DNA of 64,000 nucleotides from NCBI GenBank assembly GCA_038045945.1, contig JBBSXC010000003.1:188414-252413 (forward strand). The letters run 5' to 3'. Every line of letters starts with the position of its first letter. The first letter of the stretch is position 1. The position numbers were made by a program, and so were the translations under genes. This DNA comes from Nanobdellota archaeon. Lineage in GTDB: Archaea; Nanobdellota; Nanobdellia; Pacearchaeales; GW2011-AR1. The notes under the pieces were generated by a model, which saw only the letters and a program-made list of their open reading frames with translations, did no database searches and was not told the origin of the DNA. This document shows positions 57,664-64,000 of this stretch, piece after piece.

Positions 57664-58236
57664 TCACATTTCATCAACGCATGATTCACACATAACTCTG
57701 TTGTCAACTTTTGATAACCAATCAAAATTACCACACTCTTCACAAATACCCTGACGAGTAGACTCAGGCTTATCAGTTAATGATTCTCTTCTTTTAAGTT
57801 TTTCTTCATAACCTTTAATTTCCATAACGTCAGAAATAGTAGAGTAAAGAGTTGGCTCAATACGTAAAATGTCTTTAATAGTTACCATACCAACAAGTTG
57901 GCCTTTGAAAACAACAGGAAGCCTCCTAAAACCGCTCCTTTTCATAATCTTTAATGCTTTTGATAACTCTAAGTTTGGCTTAACAACCTTAACTTTTTTA
58001 GCAGCTATATCACCAGCTTTAATTTTCTTAAAATCTGATGGAGACTTCTTAGTTAAGGCCCAAACTATGTCCTTTTCTGTTAATAAGCCACGAATTTTTT
58101 TCTCATGAACTAAAACTAATGAACCAACCCTTTTCTTAATCATAATCTTAGCGCAATCAATAACACTAATATCAGAACTGATAGTTACGGGATTACGAGT
58201 CATAACATCAGTAACTTTTAAGTCTCTAATAACCAT
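57664..58236 (-). CDS. CBS-pair protein with C-terminal Zn ribbon
   Basis: DVMT, GLLTEKDI, RRLPV..GMVTIKDI; CEECG..CESC. Confidence 0.9.
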   Translation of the reverse strand: MVIRDLKVTDVMTRNPVTISSDISVIDCAKIMIKKRVGSLVLVHEKKIRGLLTEKDIVWALTKKSPSDFKKIKAGDIAAKKVKVVKPNLELSKALKIMKRSGFRRLPVVFKGQLVGMVTIKDILRIEPTLYSTISDVMEIKGYEEKLKRRESLTDKPESTRQGICEECGNFDWLSKVDNRVMCESCVDEM

Positions 58237-58366
58237 AAAAGTGTGTAGTCTCGAATCTTTAAATAATTATGCAAAAATTAGGATTAACTTAAGAGTACTA
58301 ATGGGCAAAGAGACATATATGGTCTATACGAGGAATCCTTATAAAGAAAAAAACAATTTTTTATTT

Positions 58367-59977
58367 ATGGATAAGCAACCAAATTATATTTTGCCAGAAA
58401 ACGCTAGTCGAATGATGGGTAAAGACGCCCAAAGAAACAACATTATGGCAGCAAAAATAGTTGCTGACATAGTAAAAACTACTTTAGGACCTAAAGGAAT
58501 GGACAAAATGCTTGTTTCCTCAAGTGGAGATATAACAATAACTAATGACGGAGTAACAATACTTCAAGAAATGGAAATTGAGCACCCAGCAGCTAAAATG
58601 ATGGTAGAAATAGCAAAAACACAAGAAAAAGAAGTAGGTGACGGAACAACAACAGCAGTAATGCTTGCTGGAAAACTATTAGAATTATCAGAATTCCTAT
58701 TAGACAACAAAATACACCCAACAACAATAATAAGAGGATACCAAAGAGCAGCAGAAAAATCACAAGAAATCTTGCGAGAATTATCATTCAACATTAACCC
58801 AGAATCAAAAGAAGGTGAAGAAGCACTAAAATTTATAGTAAAAACAGCAATAACAGGTAAAGGAGCTGAAATAGTTAAAGAAAAATATTCAGACATAATA
58901 GTTAAGGCAGTTAAACAAGTAGCTAACGGAAGAACAGTCGATTTATCTGACATAAAAATAGAAAAAATTCGTGGAGGAAGCATTGATGACACAGAACTTA
59001 TTGAAGGAGTAGTCTTTGATTGCGCAAGGGTTAACAAAGAAATGCCTCAAAAAGTTGTGAATGCAAGAATAGCACTAATAGACTCATCAATAGAAATTAA
59101 AGGGCCAGAAACAGAAACGAAAATATCAATTAATACACCAGAACAACTACAAGGATTTATTGATAGGGAAGAGAGAATAATCAGGGGAATAATAGAAAAA
59201 CTAAAAGCCGTAGGAGCTAACGTTGTAATATGCCAAAGAGGAATTGATGACGTAGCACAATTCTACCTAAGCCAAGAAGGAATTTATGCTTGCAGAAGAG
59301 TGCCTAGAAGCGACATAGAAAAAATATCAAAAGCTACTGGAGCAAAAATCGTTTCTAGCATAAAAGAACTCACACCAGAACAATTAGGAATAGCAGGAAT
59401 AGTAGAAGAAGTAAAAGAAAACGATGAAGTAACATACATTAAGAATTGTAAAAATCCTAAAGCACTAACAATCATTATTAGAGGCGGCACTGAACACGTA
59501 GTTGATGAAATTGGTAGAGCAATTGATGATGGATTAGGAGTAGTCGCTACCGCAATAAGAGAAGGTAAACTAGTTGCTGGCGGAGGAGCAATAGAAATAG
59601 AGATTGCCAGACGCCTAAGACAATTCTCCCACTCACTAAACGGCAGAGAACAATTAGCTGTTGAAAAGTTTTCTCAAGCCTTAGAAAGCATACCAACGAC
59701 ACTAGCAGAGAACGCAGGCTTAGACCCTATTGATACTATCACTAACTTGAGATCCCAACACGATGCAGGTAATAAGAACCATGGCTTAAACCTATTCACT
59801 GGCAACATTGAAGACAACATTAAAGCAGGCATTGTTGAACCAACAAAGATAAAAAGTCAAGCTATCACTTCAGCTACTGAAGTTGCAACAATGATTCTAA
59901 GAATTGACGACGTCATAGGAGCTAACCCAAAAAAAGAGACATATAGCAGACTAAACCCAAGCGAAGAAATGGACTGA
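58367..59977 (+). CDS. ths: thermosome (group II chaperonin) subunit
   Basis: [31 protein letters not shown]; start reassigned to MDKQP. Confidence 0.97.
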   Translation: MDKQPNYILPENASRMMGKDAQRNNIMAAKIVADIVKTTLGPKGMDKMLVSSSGDITITNDGVTILQEMEIEHPAAKMMVEIAKTQEKEVGDGTTTAVMLAGKLLELSEFLLDNKIHPTTIIRGYQRAAEKSQEILRELSFNINPESKEGEEALKFIVKTAITGKGAEIVKEKYSDIIVKAVKQVANGRTVDLSDIKIEKIRGGSIDDTELIEGVVFDCARVNKEMPQKVVNARIALIDSSIEIKGPETETKISINTPEQLQGFIDREERIIRGIIEKLKAVGANVVICQRGIDDVAQFYLSQEGIYACRRVPRSDIEKISKATGAKIVSSIKELTPEQLGIAGIVEEVKENDEVTYIKNCKNPKALTIIIRGGTEHVVDEIGRAIDDGLGVVATAIREGKLVAGGGAIEIEIARRLRQFSHSLNGREQLAVEKFSQALESIPTTLAENAGLDPIDTITNLRSQHDAGNKNHGLNLFTGNIEDNIKAGIVEPTKIKSQAITSATEVATMILRIDDVIGANPKKETYSRLNPSEEMD

Positions 59978-59979
59978 AA

Positions 59980-60258
59980 ATGAGCGAATCATGTAAATAC
60001 CGAAAAACTAATAGATCCGGACTTTACACAATGGTTATTATGACAATGCTTGCAAGTTTCCAATCATGCACTAATTCTGGAGAAACAGACAGAAGAGTTA
60101 GAGGTATTGAAGAAAGACTAGGAATTATTGAAATGGACGTTTTAGGAGATAAAGAAACACCCGAAAGATTCTACAAAGTCGATGGAAGAAACATTTATGT
60201 AGAAATTGATGGTGAAGAACCAAAAGAGTATTTTGAGAAACATAAAGAAGAAAAATGA
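59980..60258 (+). CDS. small hypothetical membrane-anchored protein
   Basis: N-terminal hydrophobic stretch; DVLGDKETPERFY. Confidence 0.6.
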   Translation: MSESCKYRKTNRSGLYTMVIMTMLASFQSCTNSGETDRRVRGIEERLGIIEMDVLGDKETPERFYKVDGRNIYVEIDGEEPKEYFEKHKEEK

Positions 60259-60302
60259 CTAATGAACCTGAAAGAATTGGCCCGCCTGAAATAATCTAAT
60301 AC

Positions 60303-60956
60303 TTATCTCTCTTTTTCGAATGCTTCTATATCGCTCATCGTGTTGAATGTGTAAACTCTACCTAAGTGTTTGTAAATATCAAATTGTAATTTAGGAAAAA
60401 CGTTATACTCTAAACTTCCTTTAAGGGGGAAGTGAGATATTGAAAGTTTTTTTAGTAAGTACCAACCGCAAGATGACCAAATTCCTTTAAGTATTGGTCT
60501 TTCAAGAAACTGAAATTTTCCAAAGTAGTGTTCTTCTTCTTTTGCACCTTTTTCAATAATACCAAAAGGTAGTTTAGGGTTATGAACACAAATAACGTTT
60601 TGAGGAATCTTTTGCAATTCTTCAACATTAATATCACAAATGGCGTCACAGTTAAGAACCAGAACTCTTTCTGAGTCTACTTCATCAAGAGCATTTCTTA
60701 AAGCACCGGCTGTACCTAAAGGATTATTCTCTTTAATACAAACAATTGATAGTTCAGGATAAGTTTCGTCTAAGAATTCTTCAACTTCGTCAGCCTTGTA
60801 AGCCGCAGTTACAATAATTTTTCTAACCTTGTCTTTTAAGTAATCTATTTGGTGAGCTATAAGTTCCTTATCCTTAACTCTTATGAGGGCCTGAGGAGTC
60901 TCATAACCAATCCTTCGAGAACCTCTTCCACCTGCAAGTATTATACAATCAATCAT
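60303..60956 (-). CDS. sugar-phosphate nucleotidyltransferase (NTP_transferase family)
   Basis: IILAGGRGSR, E..PLGTAGAL, VLNCD; start reassigned to MIDCIIL. Confidence 0.85.
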   Translation of the reverse strand: MIDCIILAGGRGSRRIGYETPQALIRVKDKELIAHQIDYLKDKVRKIIVTAAYKADEVEEFLDETYPELSIVCIKENNPLGTAGALRNALDEVDSERVLVLNCDAICDINVEELQKIPQNVICVHNPKLPFGIIEKGAKEEEHYFGKFQFLERPILKGIWSSCGWYLLKKLSISHFPLKGSLEYNVFPKLQFDIYKHLGRVYTFNTMSDIEAFEKER

Positions 60957-61083
60957 GCTCCAGCATAAGTAAAGACAATATATAAGAATTATGAAGATGA
61001 AACACACTAGGAAAACTCCTAATCATAATTCCTAATAAAAAGTATAGTAATACTTATATAGACTTCAGGCATTAGCATAAATA

Positions 61084-64000
61084 ATGAAAAGGGGCTCAAA
61101 AAAGAATTATAGTTATTCAGTATTCTTCTTAATTATCGCGATAGTACTGTTATTATCAGTAACAATACTTAGGCTTTCAGAGCAAACACTAACTGGAGAA
61201 GGGGGAAAGGATGTGGAATTAAGTCCTGGAATAACTGAATGTAATGATGGAGTCGATAATGATGGTGACGGATTATTAGACTGGGGATTAGACTTAGGTT
61301 GCTGGTCTTCAGAGGATGATAAAGAAATAGCAGAACCAAGAGAGCAAGAAGACGGTTGGACAACTTTTGATAAAAGTCAAGACACAATAATAACGTACGT
61401 TAGCGCAAGCTTAGGAAATGATAATTATGATGGTAGATGCCCAATAGCACCGATTGATGGTGGAAATTGTGGGCCTAAGAAAACTTTAGCAGCAGGATAC
61501 TCGCAGCTACGTGATGGATTCCCTGACTGGTTATTAATGAAAGCAGGAGACAAATGGTACTGGGAAGGTTTTGGAAATAATGGAAATATAGGAACATCCG
61601 GCAGAGAGGATAAAGAAAGAATGATTATGGGAAGTTATGACACCGAACAAGGACCACAAGAAAGGCCAGCATTAGTATGCACACAATATGCTGCTAGAGA
61701 CTCAAGCCACGTTGTAATAAGAGACCTAAATTTTGCTGTATATGATGAGGAAAAACCTTGTGGCGGATCAATAATAATGATGGGTGGCGATAACTCAAAC
61801 TTACTAGTGGAGAATAGTAATTTTCCTAGCGGAGGAGCACTAAACGTTCAAGGAGGTGTTCAAAAATTCAAAAACTTAGAGTTCAGAAAAAACAATGTTT
61901 ATAACGGGTACGTAGCTAATGCTGAGGGAAAACTTGGACCAATCCTAGGAGCTTATACTGAAGGGATAGACCTCCAATTGGTAGAGGGTAACGTTTTTTA
62001 TCTTATTGGTTGGAAACCAGGACCAAGCGATAGTAGGGGGCCAGATCAAGAAGTAACTGCAAACTGGTTTAATCATGCTATTTACATTCAAGCAAACAGT
62101 CAAAATGTTATTGTAAGAGAAAATATATTCATAGACATCTCAGGAGAGGGATTAATGGACAGAGCTTCAGGAGTGATAGAAAACAACTTCGTATCAGGAA
62201 ACCCTATGGGAATAACATCAGGATATACTGCACCAAACTTTAATTGGCCCACCATTGACGTAACAATAAGAGAGAACGTTATTACAGACGCAGTTAATTT
62301 AAACGAATGGGGAGTGGACGCCAATGGGGACCCTATTGGTAACATTAGAGGAAGTGGAATATCAACAGCCCACTTACCAGGACATGGAAGGTTAGAAATA
62401 AGTAACAACATAATAGCACATAAAGGAAAAGCGGGACTAGGACAGGGAATATCAGTTGGCGGATCAGTTAGAGAACTAATAATACAAAATAACATAATTT
62501 ATAATTTTGAAGGAACATCAAATAGCCAATCAGACAATTTCGGAATGCAAATTTATGACGCAACACTTACAGGAGCTGCAGGTTCAAGCTACATAAGAAA
62601 TAATGTTATACAATCAAGTAAGGGCACAATGATTAATGGAGGACCAAATGAAAAACTATCATTCTCTTCAAACACATACTATAATTCAGCACCAGAAATA
62701 GCTGATACTAACCCACCAGGATTCCACTTTGGCATTTTAACTGACGCTGCATGGTTAACTAGCGAACCCGACGCAAAATTTGCTAGAAAAACATTCAAGG
62801 ACCCACAAGAGGGAACAGTTGCGGGGTACATGAAAAGTTTAGGATTCCCACCAGAGCAACAAAATAGAAAAGCATTCGCCCTAGAAGCATTAAAGAATAG
62901 AAGGGGAAAATGGGACAACAGATTCACGGCAGACGCGATAAACAAATTCATAAAAGACAAATTCTCAGTAATTGGTGAAGACATACAGACACCACTACCA
63001 GAAAACTTTTATCAAACTTTAGGACCTATAGCGGACTACTCATTTAAAGGAGATGCTAAAGACAAAGCAGGCAAGGGTTATGATGGAACACTAAAGAACG
63101 GTGCTACATTCGTTAAAGACGAAAATGGTAATGATGTTTTATCGTTAGATGGAGCTGATGATTATGTTAGTATCCCAAACATGCTAATACCAGGAGATAT
63201 AAGTGTTTCAGCATGGGTTTATTCAAAAGAAACAAATGGACAGTATGGGGTAGACCAATCAAAATCTGAAGGAGGGACAATTGTTGTAAAGAACGGTTGG
63301 CGTTTAGATGGTAACTGGGTGCTTTACACCGGTAATAACCTAATAAAATGGGGTGGAAGACTAGGAGGAGTATCAGCTAATTGTGCAGCACCAACAAAAA
63401 ATGGTAATTGGGACCACATCGTAGGGTTACAAAGAGGCACAAGTGCTAGCATATACCTTAACGGTGTTGACTGCACACAAAACCCAGGGTGGAATAATGT
63501 TTTTGTCAAAGGAGACAATAGCTGGGGTGGAATAACAATTGGGGCTTATTCAAACTCTGCTGGTGATGGTGGCTACGCTTTTAGTGGGATGATAAAAGAT
63601 GTTAAAATTTATAACAGGATATTATCAAAGGACGAAATAGAAACACTTTATACTGGTAAACCTCCAGTAGAAAAAATCTGCGGTAATAACATAATAGAAT
63701 TAGGAGAAAATTGCGATGGGAACACACAAGCATGCACGACTAGTAGCGGTTATTCTGGAACACAAAGTTGCGGTCTTACATGTAAGTTTAATCAATGTGT
63801 AGCAGCAGAATTATGCGGAGATGGAGTAAAGAATGGTGATGAAGAATGCGACGACGCAAACACAAACAATGATGACTCATGTACTAACCAATGCTTAACT
63901 AACACACCTAAAATACCAACATGTAGTGATAAGATAATGAATGGCGATGAAACAGGAATAGACTGCGGAGGATTAACATGCCAAGCATGCACAACAACAA
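61084..64000 (+). CDS. large surface protein, truncated at window edge (beta-helix-like region, LamG domain, Cys-rich repeats); not in ORF track
   Basis: Open frame from ATG 61084 to the end: TM signal, CNDGVDNDGDG, YVSASLGND..P.KT, LDGADDYV..SAWV..IKDVKIYNRILS, CGDGVKNGDEECDD, NGDETGIDCGG. Confidence 0.88.
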   Translation, partial: MKRGSKKNYSYSVFFLIIAIVLLLSVTILRLSEQTLTGEGGKDVELSPGITECNDGVDNDGDGLLDWGLDLGCWSSEDDKEIAEPREQEDGWTTFDKSQDTIITYVSASLGNDNYDGRCPIAPIDGGNCGPKKTLAAGYSQLRDGFPDWLLMKAGDKWYWEGFGNNGNIGTSGREDKERMIMGSYDTEQGPQERPALVCTQYAARDSSHVVIRDLNFAVYDEEKPCGGSIIMMGGDNSNLLVENSNFPSGGALNVQGGVQKFKNLEFRKNNVYNGYVANAEGKLGPILGAYTEGIDLQLVEGNVFYLIGWKPGPSDSRGPDQEVTANWFNHAIYIQANSQNVIVRENIFIDISGEGLMDRASGVIENNFVSGNPMGITSGYTAPNFNWPTIDVTIRENVITDAVNLNEWGVDANGDPIGNIRGSGISTAHLPGHGRLEISNNIIAHKGKAGLGQGISVGGSVRELIIQNNIIYNFEGTSNSQSDNFGMQIYDATLTGAAGSSYIRNNVIQSSKGTMINGGPNEKLSFSSNTYYNSAPEIADTNPPGFHFGILTDAAWLTSEPDAKFARKTFKDPQEGTVAGYMKSLGFPPEQQNRKAFALEALKNRRGKWDNRFTADAINKFIKDKFSVIGEDIQTPLPENFYQTLGPIADYSFKGDAKDKAGKGYDGTLKNGATFVKDENGNDVLSLDGADDYVSIPNMLIPGDISVSAWVYSKETNGQYGVDQSKSEGGTIVVKNGWRLDGNWVLYTGNNLIKWGGRLGGVSANCAAPTKNGNWDHIVGLQRGTSASIYLNGVDCTQNPGWNNVFVKGDNSWGGITIGAYSNSAGDGGYAFSGMIKDVKIYNRILSKDEIETLYTGKPPVEKICGNNIIELGENCDGNTQACTTSSGYSGTQSCGLTCKFNQCVAAELCGDGVKNGDEECDDANTNNDDSCTNQCLTNTPKIPTCSDKIMNGDETGIDCGGLTCQACTTT

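Noticed and set aside
60255-60299. 14-codon ORF (MTNEPERIGPPEII) overlapping the 59980 stop
   Set aside because: Too short to support; could be a gene remnant but there is no evidence
3605-61007. Long N-terminal extensions in the ORF track (iscS, 5823, 8696, rad50, aIF2-beta, thermosome, 60303)
   Set aside because: They begin at upstream alternative codons and run through TATA boxes or neighbouring genes; downstream ATGs fit family starts and promoter spacing
5872-63992. Many antisense ORFs of 60-240 aa (e.g. 5872-6411, 14446-15048, 40592-41311, 58564-59037, 62100-62495)
   Set aside because: They lie opposite well-supported genes, are Leu/Phe/Ser/Ile-rich without motifs, and are explained by the skewed codon usage depleting antisense stops
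1-64000. Alternative genetic code, programmed frameshift or prophage
   Set aside because: TAA, TAG and TGA all end conserved genes at expected lengths; no split conserved genes; no integrase, capsid or terminase recognised

Overview
Gene-dense, AT-rich archaeal chromosome segment read with the standard genetic code. Gene content and style suggest a DPANN archaeon of the Pacearchaeota/Woesearchaeota type (inference). Housekeeping genes: IscS/IscU-type Fe-S operon with ferredoxin, AhpC, archease and RtcB, CCA-adding enzyme, Oap GTPase cluster, FttA/aCPSF1, proteasome beta, Mre11-Rad50, eL15, DNA ligase, TBP, MCM, RPA, aIF2-beta and thermosome. These are interleaved with many orphan ORFs, pilus/surface proteins and two free-standing homing-endonuclease-like genes. 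There is one intron-containing tRNA-Ile(GAU), and no rRNA, CRISPR array or transposase was seen. Main candidates for novelty: a three-hairpin leader filling the predicted mre11-rad50 5' UTR; a recurrent membrane-proximal (I/T)TG-x-(A/V) motif that may be a sorting/processing signal; a LAGLIDADG ORF that contains a tRNA promoter and 5' exon; four TATA boxes in front of tbp; an exactly centred bidirectional TATA box between a Nudix hydrolase and a pseudo-Nudix regulator; a PHPT1/Janus-like orphan; and strand-dictated codon usage. All family assignments come from motif recognition by eye, not database searches.
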